Of a stretch of 64,000 nt of DNA, positions 1 to 9,820 are shown piece after piece. The notes beneath the pieces are model-generated. The model was not told the origin of the DNA. It saw only the letters and a program-made list of their open reading frames with translations, and ran no database searches. A program made the position numbers and the translations under genes. The stretch is taken from the NCBI GenBank assembly GCA_913030915.1, contig CAJWEW010000005.1, forward strand, positions 3,523 to 67,522. Reading direction: 5' to 3'. Each line of letters starts with the position of its first letter. Position 1 is the first letter of the stretch. This stretch comes from an uncultured Rhodobiaceae bacterium (GTDB lineage: Bacteria; Pseudomonadota; Alphaproteobacteria; Rhizobiales; TMED25).

Positions 1-10
1 ATTGTCATTT

Positions 11-898
11 ATGAGATTTCCAATAATAGATAGTCATCATCACATATGGAAGCAATCAGACTTAGATTGGCTCCAAGGTGAAATACAGCCAAGAATATTT
101 GGAGATTATACTTCAATCAAAAAAGACTATCTCATCGATGACTTTATTGAAGATGTTGTAAATTTTGGAGTGGAGCAGTCAGTTTATATCCAATGCAACT
201 GGCCAATCGATAAATATTATGAAGAGGCAAAGTTTGTTGATGACTCTTTCAATAATTCGGGATGGCCAAACGCGTTTATCGGATATTGTAATTTATTAGA
301 TCCAAATGCTCCTGAGATGCTCGATAAATTATTTGACTATCCTCTGACGAGGGGCATAAGAATGCAGCTTCATTGGCATGAGCGTGAATTATATTCATTT
401 GCATCAGCGCCAGATATTATGGAGGATTCAATATTTAATAATAATTTTGAGTATTTGGCTAAAAAAGACTCAATTTTTGAATTACAAGTTTTTCAAAGTC
501 AACTGAGTCATACAAAAAATCTTTTGAAAAGGTTTCCCGAAACAACTTTTGTTCTTCAGCATGCCGGCATGCCGCATGACTTATCGAATACTGGTTGGGC
601 TGAATGGAATATATTCATGGAAAGCCTTGCTGAATATAAGAACCTTTTCATTAAACTTTCAGGATTGGGAACATTTATTAATAAAAATGACCCTGAGTTT
701 ATATCAAATATTGTTCAGAAAGTTTTAGCAAACTATCCATCAGATAGGTGTTTGTTTGGATCGAATTTCCCGATTGAGAAAATCTGGTGTAATTATGGCG
801 ATCTGATTAATGCATTCCGAATGGCAACGCGTAATATACCAATTACTGATCAGAAAAATATTTTTCATGATACGGCAAGCAAAGTTTATGGGATTTAG
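11..898 (+). CDS. Amidohydrolase-2 type metal-dependent hydrolase (TIM-barrel lactonase/decarboxylase-like)
   Basis: ORF 2..898. It has the N-terminal IIDSHHHIW HxH metal-binding signature and later LQHAGMP and FGSNFP motifs. The frame is open to the window edge; I chose the ATG at 11, and the true start could lie upstream. Confidence 0.7.
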   Translation: MRFPIIDSHHHIWKQSDLDWLQGEIQPRIFGDYTSIKKDYLIDDFIEDVVNFGVEQSVYIQCNWPIDKYYEEAKFVDDSFNNSGWPNAFIGYCNLLDPNAPEMLDKLFDYPLTRGIRMQLHWHERELYSFASAPDIMEDSIFNNNFEYLAKKDSIFELQVFQSQLSHTKNLLKRFPETTFVLQHAGMPHDLSNTGWAEWNIFMESLAEYKNLFIKLSGLGTFINKNDPEFISNIVQKVLANYPSDRCLFGSNFPIEKIWCNYGDLINAFRMATRNIPITDQKNIFHDTASKVYGI

Positions 899-899
899 A

Positions 900-2111
900 T
901 TATCTTGTGCCGAATATTATGACAGGGCGATCCTTTATTGGGTAATGTAGTACAGCTGCAAGCAAACCGAGTAAAACGGAAAACCACCACATAATGTTAT
1001 AATCACCAGTTAAGTCAAAAATCCACCCGCCCATCCACGAACTTACGAACCCACCTAATTGATGACTGAAAAATACAATTCCATATAGCATCGACATATA
1101 TTTAGGTCCAAAAAAGGTTGCAACAAGACCACTTGTCAATGGGACGGTACCTAACCACAAGATACCAAGAACAAAGGTAAAAATTAATGTTGATATTACA
1201 GTGATCGGTGTAATTATGTAGATTATAAATGCCAGAGCTCTGAGAGCATACAAAGCGACAAGTACATCATTTTTTTTGTATTTGTCACCTAAGCGACCAG
1301 CTAATGCTACACCAAAAATATTTGCAAAACCAATTAAAGCGAGCGAAGTTGTAGCCACATTCCCCGGCAGTGACATATCTGAAATAAAAGCAGGCAGATG
1401 AGCGACAATGAAATTCACATGAAATCCACAAATGAAAAAACCACACACTAGCAGTAGGAAGTTTTTTGATTTCAGTGCATGACTTAGTACCTCACTTAGT
1501 CTCTCACCAGCGTCATTCGTCTGGTTATTTTGGTTTCTTATTTTATCATTTTGTACCAGTCCGTAAACTAGAGGTATCATAACCAAGGAAATTGCGGCAA
1601 GTCCCAATAGAGCTCCCGACCAACCAAATAATTGAATGAAAGTGCCTGTAACGGGAACGCCTAAAAACATCCCTATTGAACCACCCATTGTTGTCAAACC
1701 TAGGGCGGTACCTCTTTTTTCAGGTGGTGCAGATTTTCCAACTGCACCTAGAATTACTGTAAAGCCCAATCCGGATAGCCCAGATCCTATAATTATTCCG
1801 CCAAGTAGTAATTCCTGAGGGGTGGCTGAATTTGATAAAATCAGAATACCACCCGAATAAAATAATGCACCTATTATAGCAACTCTTTTTAAACCAAATT
1901 TATCAGCTAGCGCCCCTGTAAATGGAGCAAGGACTCCCCAAAGAAGATTCACAAGTCCAATTGAAAGAGCAAATGTCTCTCTTCCGATCTGCAGTGTTGT
2001 ACTAATTGGCTCCAGAAAAAGTCCAAATGATTGCCTAATACCAACTGCAATGGCAAGAATTAGGCCACCGCATATAATTTTAAATTGTAAAGGCGTCAAT
2101 CCCTTAGTCAT
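900..2111 (-). CDS. MFS transporter
   Basis: 403 aa, about 12 hydrophobic helices. MFS motif-A-like loops GALADKFGLKR and AGRLGDKYKK occur in the two halves. Confidence 0.75.
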   Translation of the reverse strand: MTKGLTPLQFKIICGGLILAIAVGIRQSFGLFLEPISTTLQIGRETFALSIGLVNLLWGVLAPFTGALADKFGLKRVAIIGALFYSGGILILSNSATPQELLLGGIIIGSGLSGLGFTVILGAVGKSAPPEKRGTALGLTTMGGSIGMFLGVPVTGTFIQLFGWSGALLGLAAISLVMIPLVYGLVQNDKIRNQNNQTNDAGERLSEVLSHALKSKNFLLLVCGFFICGFHVNFIVAHLPAFISDMSLPGNVATTSLALIGFANIFGVALAGRLGDKYKKNDVLVALYALRALAFIIYIITPITVISTLIFTFVLGILWLGTVPLTSGLVATFFGPKYMSMLYGIVFFSHQLGGFVSSWMGGWIFDLTGDYNIMWWFSVLLGLLAAVLHYPIKDRPVIIFGTR

Positions 2112-3000
2112 AGGCTCTACTCATTAAGATTTGTGTTTTAAACTTTTTAGTTTGCATGATGTAACTGCGACGATATACCTTAAGGCTCCATTTGTCATTC
2201 ACTTTGTCAATATCATATTTTAAGAATGATAGTTTACCGCCGTTTGCTCGAGAGGTTGATGGGGCACCAAAGCAGGGAACATTAACCTCTTTTAGAGATA
2301 TTTTTTTTTGACTTTCGGTGTGTAAGTGACCGTGTAATATCAAATTTATATTAAATCCACTGAGTATTTTAATTAATGAGTTCTTATTGAGCAGACCTTT
2401 AAAGTTCAGAAAACCGAATTCATGCAAAGGATGGTGTAATAGTAATATTATGAAATAATTATCTTTTGATAATGAATGTAATATCTCGGTTATGGTGTCT
2501 AATTGTGTTTCTGACACACGGCCCCAAGACATTAGAGGTGGGGAGACGACAGCAGTCGAAATTCCAATGATCGCAATATTATTAAATAATTTTAGATACG
2601 GAAAGGGTGACGCTTGCCTATGATCATGGTTGTTTTCTGTGTATCGTCGCAGCATATACATTGAGTCTTCATAATTACATTTCACGTAACTATCATGGTT
2701 CCCAGGTATAATTGATAGCTTCTCTTTCGGGAAGTAACTCCCTAAGAAATCACTGGCCGACTCGAACTCACTGCGAAGTGATAAATTGACTATATCTCCT
2801 GTCAAAATTGTATGTCCATCAGAATTTTTTAATATATCATCGAAAATTATTCTGAGATTCTCAATGTCATGAATTTTTTTTCTATTTGATGAATGATTTA
2901 TAAAACCAAACAATCTCTTATTCAGTAAATCACTAAAACTCGGCTGAACCATTATTGGAAGATGTATGTCTGAAATGTGGGATATAATCATATTTTGCAC
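2104..3000 (-). CDS. Metallophosphoesterase (calcineurin-like)
   Basis: Ordered motifs SDIHL, GDIVN, GNHD, HHP and GHLH. Overlaps the downstream MFS gene by 8 nt. Confidence 0.8.
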   Translation of the reverse strand: MQNMIISHISDIHLPIMVQPSFSDLLNKRLFGFINHSSNRKKIHDIENLRIIFDDILKNSDGHTILTGDIVNLSLRSEFESASDFLGSYFPKEKLSIIPGNHDSYVKCNYEDSMYMLRRYTENNHDHRQASPFPYLKLFNNIAIIGISTAVVSPPLMSWGRVSETQLDTITEILHSLSKDNYFIILLLHHPLHEFGFLNFKGLLNKNSLIKILSGFNINLILHGHLHTESQKKISLKEVNVPCFGAPSTSRANGGKLSFLKYDIDKVNDKWSLKVYRRSYIMQTKKFKTQILMSRAYD

Positions 3001-3017
3001 ATTTACTTCTTTTGATA

Positions 3018-3479
3018 CTAGCGGAATAGGTATTTTTGATGGTAATTTTCGGCTTCAAAGAAGGTCACATTTTCGTAAAGAATAGTTGAAATTGGATTAT
3101 TGTAGCGGTTTGATGAATCTAGAGTCTCAATAGCATTTTTGGCAATCTCGATGTATGGCTCATAATCCGTAAATATACAAGATCTGTATTGCGTTCCAAT
3201 GTCAACACCTTGTCTATTGATTTGAGTTGGATCATGAATATCCCAAAAGACATCTAATAGTTTGCTAAAATCTATTATATTTGGATCAAATTCAACTTTT
3301 ACAACTTCAGCATGCCCCGTTTGACCTGAACAAACCTCTGCATAGGTAGGGTTTTCTGTGGTACCGCCTGCATAACCAACTTTTGTACTTATGACCCCGT
3401 CTGTTCTGTGGAATATCATCTCAGGATGCCAGAAACATCCGGAACCGAGTAGAACAATATCTGCATTATTTTTATCCAC
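3018..3479 (-). CDS. msrA: Peptide methionine (S)-sulfoxide reductase MsrA
   Basis: GSGCFWHPE catalytic-Cys motif, GYAGG, HDPT, about 150 aa. Confidence 0.9.
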   Translation of the reverse strand: MDKNNADIVLLGSGCFWHPEMIFHRTDGVISTKVGYAGGTTENPTYAEVCSGQTGHAEVVKVEFDPNIIDFSKLLDVFWDIHDPTQINRQGVDIGTQYRSCIFTDYEPYIEIAKNAIETLDSSNRYNNPISTILYENVTFFEAENYHQKYLFR

Positions 3480-4454
3480 TTAATTTCCTCTATTATGCGG
3501 TTGAGCAAAATCAAATGCGGGTCCAGCCGCAACTACACCACTTGGATTTATTGTTTCATGACTGCCATAGTAATGAAGCTTACTGTATTCGTCATCGTAA
3601 GTATCGGAAATCCCAGGATATTGATACAACTCTTTCGCATAATTGAAAAGATTATCGTACTCCTTAATTTTTTTCTTATTACATTTGAAGTGTCCGTGAT
3701 AGACGCTATCGAATCTCAATAGTGTTGGCAGTAACCTCCAGTCAGATTCAGTTATTTCATCGCCGATTAAATATTTTTGATGGGATAGTATAGTATCTAG
3801 CTTATCCAGTCCGAGAAAAAGCGTTTCAATTGCTTCATTGTATGCTTCTTGAGTTGTTGCGAATCCAGATCTGTAAACACCATTATTTATATTTTGATAA
3901 ATATAGTCATTCATGTCGTCTATCGCAGTTCTTTTTGCTTCGGGGTAATAATTACCAGGATTTGCGCCGATATCATCAAATTCTGAATTAAACATTCTAA
4001 TTATATCAGCTGATTCATTATTAACTATGGATGATGTTTTTTTATCCCAAAGCAAGGGAACAGTAACTCTACCTGAATAGTTTTGGTCTTCTTTTAGATA
4101 TACCTCATATAAATATTTTTTATTATTTATACTATCTGCAATAACACCCTGTCCATCATCAAATGTCCATCCATTTGAGCGCATTATGGCATTGACGACA
4201 GAGATTGAAATTATATCTTCTAATCCCTTAATCGCCCGAAAAATCAGGGTTCTGTGAGCCCATGGACAAGCCCAGGATACATACAGATGATACCTATCTT
4301 TTTCTGCTGTAAAACCATCTCTGCCCGACGGCCCCGCGGCACCATCTTTTGTTATCCAATTCCGATAAATCGATGGCTTGCGCACATAACGACCTTTTGT
4401 CTCCTTGGTGTTATGCCATTGATCGATCCATTTACCATTCTCTAATCTGCCCAT
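3480..4454 (-). CDS. Glutathionyl-hydroquinone reductase (Xi-class GST, YqjG/ECM4 family)
   Basis: YHLYVSWACPWAHR motif (CPWA active site), 324 aa, GST-like C-terminal half. Its stop abuts the msrA start with zero spacer. Confidence 0.85.
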   Translation of the reverse strand: MGRLENGKWIDQWHNTKETKGRYVRKPSIYRNWITKDGAAGPSGRDGFTAEKDRYHLYVSWACPWAHRTLIFRAIKGLEDIISISVVNAIMRSNGWTFDDGQGVIADSINNKKYLYEVYLKEDQNYSGRVTVPLLWDKKTSSIVNNESADIIRMFNSEFDDIGANPGNYYPEAKRTAIDDMNDYIYQNINNGVYRSGFATTQEAYNEAIETLFLGLDKLDTILSHQKYLIGDEITESDWRLLPTLLRFDSVYHGHFKCNKKKIKEYDNLFNYAKELYQYPGISDTYDDEYSKLHYYGSHETINPSGVVAAGPAFDFAQPHNRGN

Positions 4455-4562
4455 GTAGCAAAATCCTCACACAAAATAATTAGTTGTAGTATTTTTAGCA
4501 TTTTTATTTTATTAATGCCATCAGAACGTTAATTATACCGCGCTATTTAGAGTAATTTCAAT

Positions 4563-5072
4563 ATGAGCATGAATGAAACAATATTTATTCGTAAAGAGCA
4601 AGAAGGAGACAACACTGAAATTAATGCATTATATGCTAACTCATTTGGACCAGGGCGTTACGTAAAGAGTACTTTTCGATATCGAGAAAAATATGATCAT
4701 TCAATTGATATTTCTCAGGTACTCATTTGTCAAAGTAAATTAATTGGCTCTGTTAGGTTTTGGAATATTCTTGTAAATAATGAAAATTCTTTGTTGTTGG
4801 GTCCAATCGTTATGCATCGTGATTATAGAGGACAGGGTTTTGGGAAGAGGCTCCTAAAAGATAGTATTCTTAATTGTAAAAATTTAGGCCACAATTTAAT
4901 AATTTTAGTTGGTGATTTATCTTATTATTCAAAAGTTGGCTTTAAACGAATTGGGCAGAAGAATATTTTATTTGAAGGCCCTGTAAATTATGAACGCGTC
5001 TTGTATATTGAGTTTAATAAAAGTATAATTGAACATAGTGCTGATATTAAAATAAACAAATTTATAGATTAA
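4563..5072 (+). CDS. GNAT family N-acetyltransferase
   Basis: 169 aa with the acetyl-CoA-binding motif YRGQGFGKRLL. Confidence 0.75.
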   Translation: MSMNETIFIRKEQEGDNTEINALYANSFGPGRYVKSTFRYREKYDHSIDISQVLICQSKLIGSVRFWNILVNNENSLLLGPIVMHRDYRGQGFGKRLLKDSILNCKNLGHNLIILVGDLSYYSKVGFKRIGQKNILFEGPVNYERVLYIEFNKSIIEHSADIKINKFID

Positions 5073-5077
5073 AAAGA

Positions 5078-5587
5078 TTGTCTAAAACCAATAATATTTA
5101 TCAAAATAAAGATCCAAAAGCGAAGTTCCAAATTGATAGAGAATGTCGTTGGTTCTATGAGGGAACTGAAATAAAAAGGCATGCAATGGTGTGCCTATTC
5201 TCGCGATATTTGAAGCGAGATGATAATGGTGCGTATAATATTGTAACACCATATGAATGTGTTGCTGTTGGGGTTGAACATGCTCCTTTTAAAGTAATTA
5301 ATATACAGATGAAGGGTAAGGGTGTTAAGTGTGATTTCTACATAGAGACAAATGTGAATGAGGTTATAAAAATAGAGAGAGAAGATCAGTTAAGTTATTT
5401 AGTAGATGAAGAAAATCAAGGAATTATCCCATACATAAATATTAGAAAAAATATTGCAGCCATCTTCTCGAGATCATGCATGCTCGATTTAATAAATTAT
5501 TGTGATTATCATCCAGCAAATGAGGGAAGGACGTTTGGCTTTTGGAGCAACGGGATATTATTTCCTGTTGACATTATTAAAGATTGA
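5078..5587 (+). CDS. DUF1285-like protein
   Basis: RECRWFYEGTEIKRHAMVCLF N-terminal pattern. It sits upstream of a Nudix CoA pyrophosphatase and cca, as in many alphaproteobacteria. TTG start. Confidence 0.6.
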   Translation: MSKTNNIYQNKDPKAKFQIDRECRWFYEGTEIKRHAMVCLFSRYLKRDDNGAYNIVTPYECVAVGVEHAPFKVINIQMKGKGVKCDFYIETNVNEVIKIEREDQLSYLVDEENQGIIPYINIRKNIAAIFSRSCMLDLINYCDYHPANEGRTFGFWSNGILFPVDIIKD

Positions 5588-5607
5588 TTATCTCATAATA
5601 AATCTCT

Positions 5608-6204
5608 ATGAAATACTCACAAAAATTAATAAAAGACATGCCCCCTTTTACCCCTCAAACATCAGTAAAGGATGGTAGTACAAAATATTATTCTGTTATT
5701 GATGGAGTTAAATATAGAAATTCTGCGGTTTTGGTTCCTTTAGTTGAAAAATCCAACGGTACAGAGATTATTCTAACTATTCGCTCCAATGATCTACCCT
5801 CGCATGCGGGTCAGATATCTTTTCCTGGAGGAAAAGTAGACGCTGCGGATAAAAATCCAGTTGATACCGCATACAGGGAAGCCTTTGAAGAGATAGGCTT
5901 ATCTGAGAAACACATAAAGAGGCTCGGGTATTTAGATATCACAACAACAGGAACAAATTATATGATATTACCGGTGGTTGGCCTCATTGATATAGATTTC
6001 TTGCCAAAAATAAATAGAAATGAGGTTGAGGATATCATATATCTTCCTTTAGAATTTATAGAGCATAAAAATAATTTGAAGTATGTAGATAAAGAATTTA
6101 ATGGAACTCGAAAATCGTTTTATTTATACCAATACAAAGAGTATTCTATATGGGGTGCTACTGCACGCATATTAAAAATACTATCTGAGAGGTTTTTTCA
6201 ATAA
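5608..6204 (+). CDS. Nudix hydrolase, CoA pyrophosphatase type
   Basis: Nudix box GGKVDAADKNPVDTAYREAFEEIGL preceded by SHAGQISFPGG. Confidence 0.85.
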   Translation: MKYSQKLIKDMPPFTPQTSVKDGSTKYYSVIDGVKYRNSAVLVPLVEKSNGTEIILTIRSNDLPSHAGQISFPGGKVDAADKNPVDTAYREAFEEIGLSEKHIKRLGYLDITTTGTNYMILPVVGLIDIDFLPKINRNEVEDIIYLPLEFIEHKNNLKYVDKEFNGTRKSFYLYQYKEYSIWGATARILKILSERFFQ

Positions 6205-6470
6205 TGGCAAGACTAATAATATTACATCTACTAATTGTATCAATCCCATTTATATTAATGGGACTCTTCTATATTTTTAGCGGCAGAATCAGTGGACTTA
6301 AAAATATACCCAGAATTTATGGCTACAAATTGCTCATATTAGGTTTATCGATTTCTATAATAATTTTCTATCTAAACCCACTACTCTCTGGCGTATCAAG
6401 AGATAATAACTATACACCTCCCTATATAGAAGAAGGGAAAATTATTTCAGGTAATGTAAGTGAGAATTAG
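6204..6470 (+). CDS. Small membrane protein (2 predicted TM helices), unknown function
   Basis: 88-aa ORF overlapping the Nudix stop by 1 nt, with two hydrophobic stretches. No recognisable motif. Confidence 0.4.
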   Translation: MARLIILHLLIVSIPFILMGLFYIFSGRISGLKNIPRIYGYKLLILGLSISIIIFYLNPLLSGVSRDNNYTPPYIEEGKIISGNVSEN

Positions 6471-6479
6471 AAGTTATTA

Positions 6480-7733
6480 ATGGGAAAAATCCTACCAATA
6501 GATAAATATAGTCGAAAAAAAATTGATGTAAGCAGCATCTTAAATAATGATATTCGAAAGTTATATACTCAATTTTCAGAAATTGGATTTCATTTGTTAA
6601 TTGCTGGAGGCGCTGTTCGAGATCTTATTTTAAAACAGAAACCAGACGATATTGATTTTGTTACAGATGCTACACCAGATGAAGTTCTTCAAAAACTTGG
6701 GAGTAATAAGGAATTCAGCATTATTGATCATGCAAAAAAATATGGTTGCATTACTTTTGTAACGGGTAGTAAAAAATACGAAGTGACCTCTTTAAGGGTA
6801 GATATAAAAACCTTTGGTAGGGCTGCGAAAATTGAATATACAAATGATCTCCACAGTGATGCATTGAGGCGGGATTTCTCTTGCAATTCCCTATATTTAT
6901 CATTTGACGGTACTGTTTATGATCCCTTAAATGCTTACTCAGACATAGTAAGCCGCATAGTAAGATTTAATGGTGATGCACGGATGAGGATATTGGAAGA
7001 CCATCTAAGAATTCTTAGATATCTTAGATTTTCATCCAGTCTTAAGGCGGTGATGAACCGTGATGAATTAGAGATATGTCTAGAAGAAAAGACCTTATTA
7101 CTCAAATTATCAAAAGAGAAAATAAAAGATGAGTTAGTAAAGTTAATCCAATCAATCAAATCGCCAGATATCGTAGCAAAGCTTCATCTGAGAGATTTTC
7201 TGGATCTCTTTAACATAAAAATAAATGACTGTACTCACACACCGAAACTTACATCAGTAAAGGAAATATTTGTTGATTTTTTTCAAAATCCTCTATTTGA
7301 GTTCAGTCTAGCCCTAGATAACTCGATACCTGTAGATAGTATCTTTGATTCTCTAAGAGCGATTAAGTTTACAAATAATGAGATTAAGCAAATTAAAGTA
7401 TTCTTGGAATTAATTAATCAATGTACGACTTCAATTTCAGATAATATTGATGCATATATTTATAAATATGGCAGGGAATTTACTAGATACGCTGTTATTG
7501 TATCTTGGTTGGTTGGGTCAAAAAATAAACAAAATAAATTTCCTATCAAATTATTGAATAGTGTAAGTGAAAAAATTATTCCAAACTTCCCCGTTCAATC
7601 AACAGATATATTGGAATTAGGTGTGAAGCCAGGAAAAGAGGTGGGTCAAATTATAAAAAAACTTGAGAATAATTGGCTATCAAGTAATTGTCGGCTGACT
7701 AGACGTGAACTTCTTGAAATAATAGGCACATAA
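6480..7733 (+). CDS. cca: CCA tRNA nucleotidyltransferase / poly(A) polymerase family
   Basis: IAGGAVRDLIL...DDIDF nucleotidyltransferase motif and RRDFSCNSLY motif. Confidence 0.85.
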   Translation: MGKILPIDKYSRKKIDVSSILNNDIRKLYTQFSEIGFHLLIAGGAVRDLILKQKPDDIDFVTDATPDEVLQKLGSNKEFSIIDHAKKYGCITFVTGSKKYEVTSLRVDIKTFGRAAKIEYTNDLHSDALRRDFSCNSLYLSFDGTVYDPLNAYSDIVSRIVRFNGDARMRILEDHLRILRYLRFSSSLKAVMNRDELEICLEEKTLLLKLSKEKIKDELVKLIQSIKSPDIVAKLHLRDFLDLFNIKINDCTHTPKLTSVKEIFVDFFQNPLFEFSLALDNSIPVDSIFDSLRAIKFTNNEIKQIKVFLELINQCTTSISDNIDAYIYKYGREFTRYAVIVSWLVGSKNKQNKFPIKLLNSVSEKIIPNFPVQSTDILELGVKPGKEVGQIIKKLENNWLSSNCRLTRRELLEIIGT

Positions 7734-8606
7734 TTACCAACTTACCAACGGTGGTAATGACGATAAAATTGAGTCAATATTTCCACCAGTCTTTAAGCCA
7801 AATAATGTACCTTTGTCATACATTAAGTTAAATTCGACGTACCTACCCCTGAAATGTAATTGTTCTTGTTTTTGTTTTTCTGTCCAAGTTTTATCGATAT
7901 TGTCTTGAATAATAATTTTATAAACTTCGATAAAATTATTGCCGACTTGTTTAAGGAATGACAAATCACTGCTCGAATTCTTTGACTTGTAGTTGTCGAA
8001 AAAGATACCGCCAGTACCTCTATTTTCATTTCTATGCTTTAAATGAAAATAAGCATCACAATTTTTTTTAAATTCATCATATTTATTTATAAATGAATTT
8101 TCACAAGCAGACTTTAAATATTTGTGAAAAAGGACTGTATCTCTATCTTTTTCTGACCTTTTTATTTTTAGCATAGGGGTTAAATCAGCCCCACCACCAA
8201 ACCAATATTTATCTGTAACAATCATTCTAAGGTTGAGATGTGCAGAGGGTATAAAAGGACTTTGAGGATGGATAATTACTGAAATACCTGAAGCCCAAAA
8301 ATCACCTTCTTTACTTTTCTGATCATATAGTGCACCGCTGGGTAGCTGGCCATATACTGTTGATAGGTGGACTCCAGCTTTTTCAATAATAGATCCCCTC
8401 AGTATACTTGAAACACCACCACCACCATCATTTCTGACCCACTCATTCACATGGAATGTTTTATCGGCGTTTGATGAATTTTTTTCGTATGATTCTAGGG
8501 TTTCACACAGGTTGTCACGTAATGTTTTGAAAACAATTACAGCCTCTTCCCTCAAGGATTTTGTGTTATTGAGAATATTTTCATGAATTTTTTTTTGATA
8601 TTTCAT
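7734..8606 (-). CDS. hemF: Oxygen-dependent coproporphyrinogen III oxidase
   Basis: Motifs GGGGVSS, WFGGGADLTP and RGRYVEFNLMYDKGTLFGLKTGGN. Confidence 0.9.
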   Translation of the reverse strand: MKYQKKIHENILNNTKSLREEAVIVFKTLRDNLCETLESYEKNSSNADKTFHVNEWVRNDGGGGVSSILRGSIIEKAGVHLSTVYGQLPSGALYDQKSKEGDFWASGISVIIHPQSPFIPSAHLNLRMIVTDKYWFGGGADLTPMLKIKRSEKDRDTVLFHKYLKSACENSFINKYDEFKKNCDAYFHLKHRNENRGTGGIFFDNYKSKNSSSDLSFLKQVGNNFIEVYKIIIQDNIDKTWTEKQKQEQLHFRGRYVEFNLMYDKGTLFGLKTGGNIDSILSSLPPLVSW

Positions 8607-8612
8607 ATCACA

Positions 8613-9056
8613 TCAGGCTGAGATTTGTCTAATCGCTTCGCTCATTATTATAGCGCAAGAATTTGATACATTAAATGATCTAATGTTATTTTGCATCATT
8701 ATTCTAATTCTTATATCTGATCTTTCATGCACTGTTTCCGGCACACCAGAGCTCTCTCTCCCAAAAATTATCACATCACTCGTTTGATATGTTACATCTA
8801 GATAGGATTGACTCGCTTTTGTTGTTGCTAATAAAATCCTTTTTGAGTGCGATCTGGACCATGAGTAGAATTTGTCCCATGACTCGTGCCTAACTAATTC
8901 AAGATATTCCAGATAATCCATTGCCACTCTTTTAAGTCTTTTATCATCAATCAAAAAACCTGCTGGCTCAATTATGTGAAGTACAAATCCAAAGCAAGCG
9001 GCTAGGCGAATAATTGAACCAGTATTCTGTGGGATATCTGGCTGATAGAGGGCCAC
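8613..9056 (-). CDS. trmL: tRNA (cytidine/uridine-2'-O)-methyltransferase TrmL (SpoU family)
   Basis: PQNTGSIIRLAACFG, IIFGRESSGVP and SFNVSNSCAI motifs, about 150 aa. Confidence 0.8.
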   Translation of the reverse strand: MALYQPDIPQNTGSIIRLAACFGFVLHIIEPAGFLIDDKRLKRVAMDYLEYLELVRHESWDKFYSWSRSHSKRILLATTKASQSYLDVTYQTSDVIIFGRESSGVPETVHERSDIRIRIMMQNNIRSFNVSNSCAIIMSEAIRQISA

Positions 9057-9237
9057 AGATAATTTATTTTCTGAATTTTTCTGTCCTATCTGTTTAAAAA
9101 TTGTTAAATATTCCTATATTTAAATGTGTAGCTCTTTTTTTTGTAATTTATAACAAAAAATCCATTAATAATATGCATAAATATATAGCATTTTTTTTTA
9201 AATCAGTATAAATATATAAAGGAATTAAGAGGGCAAA

Positions 9238-9813
9238 TTGTCAGACAAAGATCCAAAGCAACCATCACGCAGAGATTTCATTTTTTTAGCCACGGGTGCT
9301 TTCGCTGCAGTAGGAGCTGCAAGCATAGCATGGCCAATCGTTGATCAAATGAATCCTGATGCAACGGCGCTTGCATTATCGAAAATTGAAGTTGATATCA
9401 GTCAACTTGAGAGAGGTCAGGCAATCACGGTCAAATGGAGAGGAAAGCCTGTTTTTATACGAAGGAGAACAGAAGAAGAAATCCAGATGGCCTCACGTGT
9501 GGACATTGCTAGCCTACCTGACAATAACGCCCGGAATTATAATTTGAGCTCGGACTCATCTGCATCAGATGAGAATAGGTCGCTCGATGAAAACGGAGAA
9601 TGGCTTGTAATGGTTGGGGTTTGTACGCATCTTGGGTGTGTTCCTAAAGGTCAATCTCTGGGGGACTCTAAAGGGGATTTTGGGGGTTGGTATTGCCCTT
9701 GCCATGGTTCGCATTATGATACTGCTGGTAGAATAAGAAAAGGTCCAGCAGCTAAAAATCTTGATATACCAGCGGCAGAATTTATAAATCAAAACGTTAT
9801 AAGGATAGGTTAA
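9238..9813 (+). CDS. petA: Ubiquinol-cytochrome c reductase Rieske iron-sulfur subunit
   Basis: Rieske boxes CTHLGC and CPCHGS, N-terminal RRDF Tat-like motif, first gene of petABC. TTG start. Confidence 0.9.
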   Translation: MSDKDPKQPSRRDFIFLATGAFAAVGAASIAWPIVDQMNPDATALALSKIEVDISQLERGQAITVKWRGKPVFIRRRTEEEIQMASRVDIASLPDNNARNYNLSSDSSASDENRSLDENGEWLVMVGVCTHLGCVPKGQSLGDSKGDFGGWYCPCHGSHYDTAGRIRKGPAAKNLDIPAAEFINQNVIRIG

Positions 9814-9820
9814 TAACATA

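Noticed and set aside
9135-9160. Palindrome TTTTTTGT-N8-ACAAAAAA in the trmL/petA divergent spacer
   Set aside because: The stem is almost pure A/T. It lies between divergent starts, so it is not a terminator. It is low-complexity sequence likely to arise by chance, with no supporting repeat elsewhere beyond a loose resemblance to TTTGTAACAAA at 28034.
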